A stretch of 42,104 nucleotides of DNA from a virus (lineage: Duplodnaviria > Caudoviricetes), in IMG/VR virus record IMGVR_UViG_3300027828_000051, positions 1 through 42,104 of that record; one strand, 5' to 3'. Positions 27,125-36,788 of the stretch are shown in pieces. The number at the start of each line of letters is the position of its first letter. Positions within the stretch are counted from its first letter, which is position 1. A model generated the notes under the pieces. That model saw only the letters and a list, made by a program, of their open reading frames with translations, was not told the origin of the DNA and ran no database searches. Position numbers and translations under genes: made by a program.

Positions 27125-27772
27125 ATGTCTTTACTTATCACTCCTACCTTATTGGACGCCTATGACTGGCTTAATAAGGCTCCTCGGTCTTGGAAGAAAA
27201 AGGCCTTCGATGATTTTTCTAATAAACTACATCGAACAAAGTGGGATCCAACTCCTGCAATAAAACGAGGTATAGACTTTGAAAAGAAAGTTTATGCTAA
27301 TTGTAATCGTGACTTAGACACATTTAAGTCCTCAGAGATATTCAAAGAAGTATGTAATGACTGTAAAGGCGGGGACTTTCAAAAGGTCCTCAAGAAAGTC
27401 ATTATGGTTGACGGCAGAGAGTTCCTGTTGTACGGTAAAACGGATGCATGGTTTCCAACTGTAATCAAAGATATTAAAACGACTAAGAACTATAAAGGTC
27501 AGTCAAAATATCTCGGTGGTTGGCAGCATAAAGTGTACTGTTACATAGACAACAATGTACACTTCGAGTATCTTGTTGTAGAATGGTCAGATGAGATTGA
27601 AGAGGATGATAAATTAGTCCCAGCTGAAGTCTTTAAGATTCATTACACAATGGAAGATCGAGCAGCTGTTAAAGAAGAAATTGTAGAACAGATACGTGAG
27701 ATGATGCAATTCATTGATACAGACGATATTCTGGCTAAAGCTTACTATAAGACATTTAATAAATACGGCTGA
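27125..27772 (+). CDS. PD-(D/E)XK (Cas4/RecB-like) exonuclease
   Basis: RGIDFE, GKTD, IKDIKT and QHKVY motifs. Confidence 0.8.
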   Translation: MSLLITPTLLDAYDWLNKAPRSWKKKAFDDFSNKLHRTKWDPTPAIKRGIDFEKKVYANCNRDLDTFKSSEIFKEVCNDCKGGDFQKVLKKVIMVDGREFLLYGKTDAWFPTVIKDIKTTKNYKGQSKYLGGWQHKVYCYIDNNVHFEYLVVEWSDEIEEDDKLVPAEVFKIHYTMEDRAAVKEEIVEQIREMMQFIDTDDILAKAYYKTFNKYG

Positions 27773-27774
27773 CT

Positions 27775-29349
27775 ATGGGAACAGGAAAACTAGATATAAT
27801 TGAGTTCTCGAGAATATTCAGTGGAAACAAGCAGGCCTTTGGTGTACATGAGTATGATGCACCTAATGAACAGGGAGAGAAAAGAAGCGGTAAAAGTAGA
27901 ACAGCAACTCAGCCATTGACTGAGAAACAGTACATTGAACACCTCTCCGGTAAACAAGGTCTTGGTATAATTCCCATAAACGAGAGAAATAAATGTCAGT
28001 TTTCTGTTATAGATATTGATGAATATAAAGTAAGTTTTAAAAAGTATTTTAAGATAGTTGAAGACTATGGTCTTCCTCTATCTTTTTTCAGATCTAAGAG
28101 TGGTGGACTACACATGTATGTCTTCTTCGATCAAGAGTACCCAGCAAAGGACGTTGTAGAAGTAATGCAAAAACTTCTCATCGTTCTGGGACTGAAAAAA
28201 GATACTGAGATATTCCCGAAACAGACAAGAATACAAAAGAACGGATTTGGTAACTGGATCAATTTACCTTACTTCGATGCATCGAATAATCCTACACAAT
28301 ATTTGTATGACTCAGAACAGAATGAGATGAGTCTGAGCCAAGCAATACAGCATATAAAAGAACAGGCAGTCACAGTTGAAGAATTAAAAGATATTGTATC
28401 GTCTGTTCCATTTGCTGATGCACCTCCTTGTCTACAAACATTGTATATACTAAACGACTTTAATAAAGATACACATAACAGAAATGATTTCCTAATGCAG
28501 GTAGCAACTTATCTGAAGAACAAATATGAGGAGGACTTTCCTAAACATTTATTAGATGTAAATGATCGATTCCCAGAACCAACACCTTACAAAGAAATTG
28601 AGACCACTGTCATCAATTCACACAATCGAAAAACATATGCTTATGGGTGTAAGACACCACTACTTTCTGCAGTATGCAATAAGGAAGTATGTAAGCTGAG
28701 ACAGTTTGGAATAACAAGTCTCGAGGCTCCTAGTGTTGACTATGGTACGCTGAGTCAATTCGTTGGACTTTCAACAAGGTACGAATGGGAAGTTAATAAT
28801 AAAGTATTGAAGTTTAATTCCGAAGATGATATTATGAGTCAGGGAAACTTTCTCAAATTATGCATCAGGGAGTTAAAAGAATACCCGTTCAGACTATCTC
28901 AGAAAAGATGGGACAGGGTAATAAGAGAAGCAGTTGATGGAATGGAAGTGAAAGACGACAAGGATGAGTTTTCAAATGAGACTTTATTCATGGACTACTT
29001 GAATAAGTTCCTGACTGAGGGAGCTCCTGCTAGGACTAAAGATCAGATAGGACTCCATAGAGTATTTCTAGATATGGAAATTAAATGTTACGTATTTAGA
29101 AGAGTTGATTTGATGGATTTTTTAGAAACTAAAAGATTTAACAAATTGAAACCGAAAGAGGTCAAGGAGATTCTTGTTAAGATTAAAAGTTTTGAGAAGA
29201 AATATCCCATAGAACCTAGCAAGACAACAAGATGCTGGCTAACACCAGTTGAGTCTGTTGATAATCACCTGAGGATTGAAGAAAAGCCTGATGATGAATT
29301 ACTAGAAGACTTCGGAGAATACCAAGAAGAAGGTGAGAATGAATATTGA
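27775..29349 (+). CDS. Archaeo-eukaryotic primase (prim-pol) family DNA primase
   Basis: HLSG..GLGI, DID, RSKSGGLH, EIFPKQ and GNWINLPY motifs; PPCL plus C-terminal Cys cluster. Confidence 0.85.
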   Translation: MGTGKLDIIEFSRIFSGNKQAFGVHEYDAPNEQGEKRSGKSRTATQPLTEKQYIEHLSGKQGLGIIPINERNKCQFSVIDIDEYKVSFKKYFKIVEDYGLPLSFFRSKSGGLHMYVFFDQEYPAKDVVEVMQKLLIVLGLKKDTEIFPKQTRIQKNGFGNWINLPYFDASNNPTQYLYDSEQNEMSLSQAIQHIKEQAVTVEELKDIVSSVPFADAPPCLQTLYILNDFNKDTHNRNDFLMQVATYLKNKYEEDFPKHLLDVNDRFPEPTPYKEIETTVINSHNRKTYAYGCKTPLLSAVCNKEVCKLRQFGITSLEAPSVDYGTLSQFVGLSTRYEWEVNNKVLKFNSEDDIMSQGNFLKLCIRELKEYPFRLSQKRWDRVIREAVDGMEVKDDKDEFSNETLFMDYLNKFLTEGAPARTKDQIGLHRVFLDMEIKCYVFRRVDLMDFLETKRFNKLKPKEVKEILVKIKSFEKKYPIEPSKTTRCWLTPVESVDNHLRIEEKPDDELLEDFGEYQEEGENEY

Positions 29350-30730
29350 TATTATTTTTGGACCTCCCGGAACAGGGAAGACCACAGAATTATTAAATAT
29401 ACTGGAGACTGAGTTAAAGACAGTTCCTCCAGAAGAAATAGCATATGTAAGTTATTCTAGAAAAGGTGCTTACGAAGGACGAGACAGGGCGCTGGAGAAG
29501 TTCCCTGATTACTCCGAAACTAATTTCAAATACTTCAGAACTCTACACTCTATAGCATTTAGAGAACTGAACATTTCAAAAGGAATGATGATCGAGAAAA
29601 AGCATTACAAACAACTCAGCAAGAAGCTGGGTTTCAAGTTTACTGGATTCTTCACTGAAGACTTCCATAACAGCAAAGATGATGCTTTCTTAATGTATGA
29701 TATATTAAAAAGAAATAACAATAAAGCTGCCATGAAAATGCTTGCTAGTTTAGAAGTTCATCAGTTGAGATATGTACAATTAAACTATAAACACTTCAGA
29801 GATGCTTTAGGTATAATGGATTTTACTGATCTAATTGAAAGATTCATCAAGAACAATAAAGCTCTACCTGTCAAGGTTGCAATAATTGACGAAGCACAGG
29901 ACTTGACATCTCTGCAGTGGCAAATGGTTCTCACAGCATTTAAAGAGTGTGATAGGATATATATTGCTGGAGATGATGATCAGGCACTATATCAATGGGC
30001 AGGTGCTGACGTTGAGTTCTTCCTGAAGATCCAAGGAAATCAAAGAATATTGAGTAGATCATATAGATTGCCGAAACCCATTTGGGACTACAGTCGACAG
30101 ATCACAGACATGATAGGATATAGAGCACCTAAAGAATACACGTACAACAGCACTGAGGGCTCTGTGAACGTAGTTGGCGACTTAAGTGACATTGACATGT
30201 CAAAAGATAAATGGATGATCATAGGACGCAATATAACGCACCTGAACAAAGTTATGGATTATCTACGAAGTATTCCTGTGATGTTCACATGGAAAAATAA
30301 ATTATCTGTTATGCCAACACATATAAGTGCTATCAATCATTATGAGAAAATCAGGAAGTCAGACGACAAATCACGTTTCCACATCTTAGATGGACTAATT
30401 GATATTGATAAGTTCAACGACTGGGATAAGCCTTGGTATGAAGTCTTTAATTTGCCAGAGAATATAATAACTTATTACAGAGATATTTTACGTGACAAGA
30501 TCAACACAAAAGAATATAATATTGAAGTGAACACAATTCATGGAGTAAAAGGAGGTGAGTGTGAGAACGTTGTACTAATCCTTGATTACAGTAGAAACGT
30601 TCATAAGAACTGGAATGAGAATCCCGATTCAGAACTTAGGTGTTACTATGTTGGAGTGACTCGAGCAAAGAAGAACTTATACATTGTTCCATCAAAAAGT
30701 AGATACGGTTTTCCGTTGATGAAATTATAG
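29339..30730 (+). CDS. UvrD-like SF1 helicase
   Basis: GPPGTGKT, DEAQD, GDDDQ, SYR, TIHGVKGGE and YVGVTRAK motifs. Confidence 0.93.
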   Translation: MNIDIIFGPPGTGKTTELLNILETELKTVPPEEIAYVSYSRKGAYEGRDRALEKFPDYSETNFKYFRTLHSIAFRELNISKGMMIEKKHYKQLSKKLGFKFTGFFTEDFHNSKDDAFLMYDILKRNNNKAAMKMLASLEVHQLRYVQLNYKHFRDALGIMDFTDLIERFIKNNKALPVKVAIIDEAQDLTSLQWQMVLTAFKECDRIYIAGDDDQALYQWAGADVEFFLKIQGNQRILSRSYRLPKPIWDYSRQITDMIGYRAPKEYTYNSTEGSVNVVGDLSDIDMSKDKWMIIGRNITHLNKVMDYLRSIPVMFTWKNKLSVMPTHISAINHYEKIRKSDDKSRFHILDGLIDIDKFNDWDKPWYEVFNLPENIITYYRDILRDKINTKEYNIEVNTIHGVKGGECENVVLILDYSRNVHKNWNENPDSELRCYYVGVTRAKKNLYIVPSKSRYGFPLMKL

Positions 30731-30739
30731 GAGATAGAA

Positions 30740-30979
30740 ATGAAATGTGAGATTAAGATTGTTAGAGACAAATCAAGTAGCTATGACTCTGAAAAAACAG
30801 TAATAGTGATTACTGAAGCAACAGAAACTGAGAAGTTCCTTATCAGTAATCAGATGACAGGAAGTTACAGAAGTCCTGAAGAAGTGAAAGGCATGATGGT
30901 TAGTGACTTACACATGTGCCTCGAAGAACATTTGTCTAAGATTGAAGAAGTTTTAGGAGATAGAAATGATAATAGTTGA
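30740..30979 (+). CDS. Hypothetical protein
   Basis: AGGAG SD; in operon. Confidence 0.65.
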   Translation: MKCEIKIVRDKSSSYDSEKTVIVITEATETEKFLISNQMTGSYRSPEEVKGMMVSDLHMCLEEHLSKIEEVLGDRNDNS

Positions 30980-31505
30980 AGGTGCTGATGGTAGTGGAAA
31001 AACTACCCTAGTTAATTTGATTAAAGCTGCATACCCAGAGTTTAAGTCCATACATTCTCCAGGACCCCTGAGTCTTGAAGTATTGAAAGAAAGAATGTTT
31101 TGGAACGATGAGTTAATAAAATTGGACTTTGTCATAACTGACAGGTTTACAATGTTCTCTGAGTTCGTGTATGGTGAAATCTTAAGAGGTCATTCGTTAG
31201 TTAACAACGGGGACATAGCTAAGTGGACTACAAAGTTCAAACAGAATGAGAAGAATCTTATTATTTTTTGTGACAGGGAGTTTGTACCTATTCACAAGAA
31301 ACACGGTGCTATCCATATGACCGAAGATGAAAAGATGAAATTGGAAGTTGAAGTCGATTCTAAACTTGAAGAAATCAGGGAAGAGTACAGACTTATATTC
31401 AACTGGTTAAAACAAGCTTACCAGAATACAAAGATTGTAACTGTTAAGGAGCCTGAAGACGTGACGTTGGCTATTGAAACAATTAGAACATTGTATATAG
31501 ATTAG
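30966..31505 (+). CDS. dNMP (thymidylate-kinase-like) P-loop kinase
   Basis: IIVEGADGSGKTT and DRF...SEFVYG motifs. Confidence 0.85.
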   Translation: MIIVEGADGSGKTTLVNLIKAAYPEFKSIHSPGPLSLEVLKERMFWNDELIKLDFVITDRFTMFSEFVYGEILRGHSLVNNGDIAKWTTKFKQNEKNLIIFCDREFVPIHKKHGAIHMTEDEKMKLEVEVDSKLEEIREEYRLIFNWLKQAYQNTKIVTVKEPEDVTLAIETIRTLYID

Positions 31506-31514
31506 GAGAAGTAA

Positions 31515-32126
31515 ATGAATATTAACGATGTAGAAAAAACAGACAAACCAGAAAACAAGTTAAAAGCGATATTTGACAAGCAAAAAGAATTGGCTATCAA
31601 GTATCATCCCATTGAAGAGAAATCAGGACTGCTTCAGACAACTGACTTTCCTGTAGACTTGAACGATCCCGCAGGACAAGCGAGACTTAAGGATTTAGCT
31701 TGGAGAACTATCGAGGAACTCGGTGAAGCTTTTGAGTGTATAAATGACGGAGATGAACACTTCGAGGAAGAACTCATTGATGGTCTACATTTCTTTGTTG
31801 AACTGTTGCTATCAGCTGGTATTGACCACAAGCCCTTTACAACACTCGAAAGCTTACATGAAGCTGTGATGGCTCCGTTCTCATTCAGTGACGCAGCTTG
31901 GATGTTTACAAGTGAACTGGGACTGTGTATGAATTGTCTGAAGAACAAACCCTGGAAACAAACTCATATGGAAACTGATGTGGTCTATCTCAGAACTAAA
32001 CTGATCGGTGCTTTTATACATTTTGTTGCTATGCTGAAGACAGCCGGTTTATCTGCTGACGATATTTATAGTTATTACTTTAAAAAGAATAAAGTAAATC
32101 AATTCCGACAGAGGAGCAATTACTAA
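31515..32126 (+). CDS. All-alpha dimeric dUTPase/dCTPase (T4 gp56-like)
   Basis: EELGE, EELIDGLHF, KPWK and YFKKNKVNQFRQ motifs. Confidence 0.85.
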   Translation: MNINDVEKTDKPENKLKAIFDKQKELAIKYHPIEEKSGLLQTTDFPVDLNDPAGQARLKDLAWRTIEELGEAFECINDGDEHFEEELIDGLHFFVELLLSAGIDHKPFTTLESLHEAVMAPFSFSDAAWMFTSELGLCMNCLKNKPWKQTHMETDVVYLRTKLIGAFIHFVAMLKTAGLSADDIYSYYFKKNKVNQFRQRSNY

Positions 32127-33286
32127 TGAAAGTTCTGGGAGTATATGGTGGGATAGGTTCTATGCTTGTCGCCGCTAGAAATGCTGGCTGTCAAGTTGTA
32201 GGTAATATTGAGCCACGAGACTTTGAAGATGGACAGACGTTCATACACAATTTTCCAGGTACTCAGTTCTCAAAAGGTAAGTTTTTACCAGTAGAACCAG
32301 ATCTTATTGTTGGTCATCCTTCCTGTGGAAGTTATTCTGCGATTAACTGGCGAAGTGACAAAGTAAAACGTGATGAAGTCGAGAACTTTGTAACTGCAGT
32401 TAGAATATATATGCCGAGTTCATTTATCATGGACAATTTACCAAAGATGTTTATTGACTATGATGCTGACTATTGGTACAATGAGTTATCAGAGTTCTAT
32501 GATATTTCTCCGGTGTTTGTAAACAACAGGAACTATGGAAATGCTCAGGTGAGGAAAAGAGTTTATTTAATTGGTACGCTGAGAAAGTATAACTATGTTC
32601 CATTGCCAGGTGAGAATAGAAACTTGAAGACAACCACGAAAGATGTCATAGGACACTTGCTAGGATCGGAGGGTAAGATAGAAAATCATAATGATGTTGA
32701 CTATGAAGACAATTGGTCTTCTATGACAAATGTTATGGCTCATAATACAAAAACTAAGTATAAAGATGCTTTACAACATGTTGCTAATTGGCCTGAAGGA
32801 AAGTCCTTTAAATACTTTAAAAGTGACGGTTCTGAAGGTACAAGAATTGGTTTGACTAAGGCAAGGTGGGATGGACATTGTCCAACGTTAGCTAGTACAG
32901 CTAGACAGATTCATCCAGCAAGATGTACTCCGTTTACTATCAAAGAACAATTATTGCTTATGGGTTATCCTGAGGACTTTGTGATCAAAGGAATGCCAGT
33001 TAGTACTGATGGTACTTGGAAGATACGTGGTAAAGAATACCATCAAACCAATAAGGGTGTTTGTGTTCAGTCGATACAGTTCTTTATTGATCAGGTGAAG
33101 AACTTCATTGAATCAGACGGTCATTATGACATGGACAAGGTGACTGGTATTGAAGAATCATTAGCACCTGAAGTAAACACATTTAAATATATGTATTGCC
33201 AAAAAGAGGGTACTACTATAAGATCTATGAAATGTTCAATCTGTAAGATGAGAACAATTTGTAAGAAAAAGGAGATGAGAAAATGA
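32126..33286 (+). CDS. Divergent C5-cytosine DNA methyltransferase-like protein
   Basis: Motif I YGGIG, IV GHPSCGSYS, VI MDNL, VIII QVRKRVYLIG, IX/X IHP...LMGYPEDF...KGV; C-terminal Cys cluster. Confidence 0.8.
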   Translation: MKVLGVYGGIGSMLVAARNAGCQVVGNIEPRDFEDGQTFIHNFPGTQFSKGKFLPVEPDLIVGHPSCGSYSAINWRSDKVKRDEVENFVTAVRIYMPSSFIMDNLPKMFIDYDADYWYNELSEFYDISPVFVNNRNYGNAQVRKRVYLIGTLRKYNYVPLPGENRNLKTTTKDVIGHLLGSEGKIENHNDVDYEDNWSSMTNVMAHNTKTKYKDALQHVANWPEGKSFKYFKSDGSEGTRIGLTKARWDGHCPTLASTARQIHPARCTPFTIKEQLLLMGYPEDFVIKGMPVSTDGTWKIRGKEYHQTNKGVCVQSIQFFIDQVKNFIESDGHYDMDKVTGIEESLAPEVNTFKYMYCQKEGTTIRSMKCSICKMRTICKKKEMRK

Positions 33287-33987
33287 GAATCTATAAAGAC
33301 AGTTTTGAAGCAATCCGAGAAGTCGAAAGAGACTTGGCTGAGATGGGAATCACCTATCAATCTTCAACATGTCAGGATCAGGACGTATCTAAGGACGAAG
33401 GGTTTATGACTAAAGAGTTATCACCTTATGCTTACTCAGTAACCAATCCCACTGACAAGATGACTGAGATGCTTAAATACAAAAAAGAAGAAAAGTATGC
33501 CAACTGGGTTCTAGCTGAGTGTCATGAAAGATACACTGGTGTTTGTACTGAAACTAATCCTGGAGATGCTTGGAAATTACTACCTGAGCTGTGGGAACAA
33601 TTTAGACACAATGGATTCTTCAGTTACACCTATGTCGAAAGATTACAGGAACAATTGAAGTATGTTAAGGCTGAGTTGAAAAGGAACCCTGCTTCTAGAC
33701 AAGTTACGATGACTATGTACGACAGACACCAGGACATGATGAACTGGGGAGGAAAGGCTCGAGTACCATGCTCATTGAGTTACAACTTCCTAATAAGAAA
33801 TGGGAAACTTACATTGACATATACTCAGCGAAGCTGTGACTTTTACAACTTCTTCCAAGCGGATGTTTTCTTCTCAATGTTCATGCAGAATGAGATAGCA
33901 AAAGAACTGGGAGTTGAGTGTGGAAAGTTTACTCATTTCATAATCTCCCTGCATGCTTTCAAAAAAGATATGAAGGACGTATTTTAA
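33283..33987 (+). CDS. Thymidylate-synthase-fold enzyme, predicted dCMP C5-(hydroxy)methylase
   Basis: PASRQ, catalytic VPC, QRSCDFYNFFQAD (Asp at the E. coli ThyA N177 position), SLH. Confidence 0.8.
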   Translation: MRIYKDSFEAIREVERDLAEMGITYQSSTCQDQDVSKDEGFMTKELSPYAYSVTNPTDKMTEMLKYKKEEKYANWVLAECHERYTGVCTETNPGDAWKLLPELWEQFRHNGFFSYTYVERLQEQLKYVKAELKRNPASRQVTMTMYDRHQDMMNWGGKARVPCSLSYNFLIRNGKLTLTYTQRSCDFYNFFQADVFFSMFMQNEIAKELGVECGKFTHFIISLHAFKKDMKDVF

Positions 33988-34404
33988 ATGGATATGAGCA
34001 AAGCAAGAAATGAATGTAGATACTACGATTCTTGTTCTGCTCCTTTCTGTCCGCTTGACACAGTAACAAATGGTAATGCTGTATGGTTTCCTGATGAAGA
34101 AATCTGTATAGTAAATGAGCCTCCTTACTGGGTCGAGCGACAAGTAAAGTTGAGCAAGAGAACAAAGGACAGAGACACATGTTACACTTTTGGAATGGTG
34201 AAGTGGAGATGTATGATTAAGAAAAATATAAATGGAATTGAATCACCGGACACGTTACCAAAACAGAAGAAAGCAGAACGTGTGTGGATGGTAGCCCACA
34301 AACTTAAAAAGCCGTTATCCATGAAAGAAAGGGAGGAACGCTGTAAGCGTCTAGAAAATGCCCGGAGAATCAGGCTTGATATTTTGAATCGATCATCAAA
34401 ATAG
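33988..34404 (+). CDS. Cys-rich basic hypothetical protein
   Basis: CRYYDSCSAPFCPLD...WFPDEEIC. Confidence 0.7.
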   Translation: MDMSKARNECRYYDSCSAPFCPLDTVTNGNAVWFPDEEICIVNEPPYWVERQVKLSKRTKDRDTCYTFGMVKWRCMIKKNINGIESPDTLPKQKKAERVWMVAHKLKKPLSMKEREERCKRLENARRIRLDILNRSSK

Positions 34405-34565
34405 ATCATATATGAGCCTGTGTGATTTGATCAAATCATATATATGAGCCTGTATGTTTCATGTATATGAATAATTAGTGATGTTCATATATCATAACAC
34501 ATGATATAATGAAATATGTCATGAGCCTGTGTAATATTGATTTAAAATATGTGAGGCTGTATGAC
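34404..34565. repeat. Four-motif non-coding element, copy B
   Basis: TGASSCTGTRT at 34413, 34445, 34522 and 34552; central block shared with copy A. Confidence 0.8.
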
Positions 34566-34594
34566 AACGAAAAAGAGATAGAATTGGAGATTTT

Positions 34595-36502
34595 ATGGAA
34601 CAAAAATACCCTGACTTGTCAGATGCAAAGATCATATCTTTTGATATTGAAACATTTGATCCACAGTTAAAAGAAAAAGGAACGGGAGTCTACAGGAATG
34701 ATGGCTATATTCTAGGTGTCTCAATTTGTACAGATACAGGATTTTCTGAGTACTACAACCTAGGTCACTTCTACAAGAAAGACACTAGGATGAATGAGCA
34801 ACAAGTCATCGAGAAGTTTGCTATGAATGTAAAGACTTACAACTATAGTCACTATGGAATTGATCTTCAGGAAAGAAGAAAGAACATAAACTACCTGAAG
34901 AAAGTTATGGCCAGTGATGCTGACAAGCTTGGTGCTAATATCAAGTATGATATGGACTGGTTAGAAAATTGGTTAGGAATAAAGATAAAGGGAAAGCTTC
35001 ACGATGTTCAGATAGCTGAGCCACTAATTGATGAAAACAGAATGAGATATAATCTTGATTCTCTTGGACATAAATACCTTGATAGAGGAAAGATGAAGAC
35101 TGAGATTGATGCATTCTGTGAAAGGAATAAGCTTCGTGGTGATTCTCGAAAATGGTTGTATCTAATGCCTTACAAAATGGTTAGAAAATACGCCTTAGAA
35201 GACGTTCATGTTCCTCTTGAAGTATTCATGAAACAAAGAGTAATCTTGAATGAAGAAGGGCTCAATGAAATCTATGATTATGAGATGAGACTCTCAAGGT
35301 TATTGTTAAAGATGAGAAAGACTGGAGTTAGGATCAACGAACCCCAGCTTGCTGATATCAAAAAGAAAACAGTAAAGAAGATTGATGAGTCACAGGAAGA
35401 GTTAAACAATATCACTGGAAGAAGAATACCAGTTAACTTTAATTCAGGTCCTGAGCTTGGATTCATTCTTGATAAGCTTGGACTTGAGTACCCCATTACT
35501 GAAAAGACCAGAAAGCCGTCAATAACTAAACCTTGGCTGAGAAACCACATGGACGATCATCATGTCTTTAAAGTAATAAATGATTGTAGAAAGTATTACA
35601 AATTAAATAGTACTTTCCTTGAGTCTCAGATAGGTGGAACTGTTGTTAATGGTAGAATACATTGTTCTTTTAACCAATTGAAAAGTGATGATTATGGAAC
35701 AGTATCAGGAAGGTTCTCAAGCTCGAATCCAAACTTACAGTTTATCCCAGCAAATGATCCAGATATCGGAAAGAGCATAAGGTCATTGTTTATACCTGAA
35801 GAAGGTTATGACTGGATTAAGGCTGACTACTCACAAATTGAAGTAAGAATCATATCTCACTATGCGATGGGTCAAGGTTCAAATGATATACGTCAAGCGT
35901 TCATTGATAGCTTAGATACTGACTTCCACCAGTGGTGTGCTGATGCTTCAGGTCTTTCAACTTCAATGGGAGAAGGTGGTAGAAAATATGCTAAGAGAAT
36001 TAACTTTGGTATATTCTATGGCATGGGAATTGATTTACTATGTCAACAGCTGGGCATGTCAAAAGATGAGGGTAAAGCCTTCATGAAAATGTACCATGCT
36101 AAACTACCTTTCATTAAGAATACTATTCATAAAGTTTCAGCAAAAGCATTATCCCGTGGTTATGTAAAAACATTACTGGGAAGACATAGACGCTTTCCTG
36201 ACGGTGAGAAAACGTACAAGGCCTTTAATTCAATCGTACAGGGCACTGCAGCGGACATTATGAAAAAAGCGATGGTTGATACCTATGAGGCAGGAATCTA
36301 CGATGTGCTCGCCCCACACATCACTGTACATGATGAGATGGACGTTTCAATGCCTCGAACTAAAGAAGGTATCGAAGCTACTCGAGAAATGAAACAAATC
36401 ATGGAAACATGTTTACCGTTGAAAGTTCCTACAGTCGCTGATTTTGAAATTGGAAAAGACTGGGGAGCTCTGAAAGACTTTGAAGGAAATTATTATGGAT
36501 AA
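34595..36502 (+). CDS. polA: Family A DNA polymerase with 3'-5' exonuclease
   Basis: Exonuclease DIET, NIKYD and YALED; TVSGRFSS..PNLQ; motif A DYSQIE, B RKYAKRINFGIFYG, C VHDE. Confidence 0.96.
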   Translation: MEQKYPDLSDAKIISFDIETFDPQLKEKGTGVYRNDGYILGVSICTDTGFSEYYNLGHFYKKDTRMNEQQVIEKFAMNVKTYNYSHYGIDLQERRKNINYLKKVMASDADKLGANIKYDMDWLENWLGIKIKGKLHDVQIAEPLIDENRMRYNLDSLGHKYLDRGKMKTEIDAFCERNKLRGDSRKWLYLMPYKMVRKYALEDVHVPLEVFMKQRVILNEEGLNEIYDYEMRLSRLLLKMRKTGVRINEPQLADIKKKTVKKIDESQEELNNITGRRIPVNFNSGPELGFILDKLGLEYPITEKTRKPSITKPWLRNHMDDHHVFKVINDCRKYYKLNSTFLESQIGGTVVNGRIHCSFNQLKSDDYGTVSGRFSSSNPNLQFIPANDPDIGKSIRSLFIPEEGYDWIKADYSQIEVRIISHYAMGQGSNDIRQAFIDSLDTDFHQWCADASGLSTSMGEGGRKYAKRINFGIFYGMGIDLLCQQLGMSKDEGKAFMKMYHAKLPFIKNTIHKVSAKALSRGYVKTLLGRHRRFPDGEKTYKAFNSIVQGTAADIMKKAMVDTYEAGIYDVLAPHITVHDEMDVSMPRTKEGIEATREMKQIMETCLPLKVPTVADFEIGKDWGALKDFEGNYYG

Positions 36503-36788
36503 ACTTGTTGTAACTAGACATCAGGGATTAGTAAAACATCTTAGAGAAATTGGTCTAATTGAAGAGTGTACTAAAGTAGTGACATACGCTAAGCCTGAAG
36601 ATGTTATTGGAAAACATGTGCTTGGTGTAATCCCTTATTGGTTAGCTTGTAAGGCAGAAAAATATACTGAGATTCAGCTGAGATTACCATCTGATCTTAG
36701 AAACAAAGAGCTTAGTTATGATACAATTAAGTTCTATGCAAATGACCCGAAAACATACATTGTTAAGGAGGTAGATTTCAATGGATAG
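36495..36788 (+). CDS. Csx16 (Cas_VVA1548)-like protein, candidate ring nuclease
   Basis: VVTRH, HVLGVIPYWLA, L.LP.DLRNKELS and terminal YIV match the Csx16 pattern as recalled; no search run. Confidence 0.65.
   Translation: MDKLVVTRHQGLVKHLREIGLIEECTKVVTYAKPEDVIGKHVLGVIPYWLACKAEKYTEIQLRLPSDLRNKELSYDTIKFYANDPKTYIVKEVDFNG

Noticed and set aside
27125-27772. Cas4-like nuclease as part of a CRISPR system
   Set aside because: No Fe-S cysteine set, array or cas operon; ordinary phage recombination exonuclease context.
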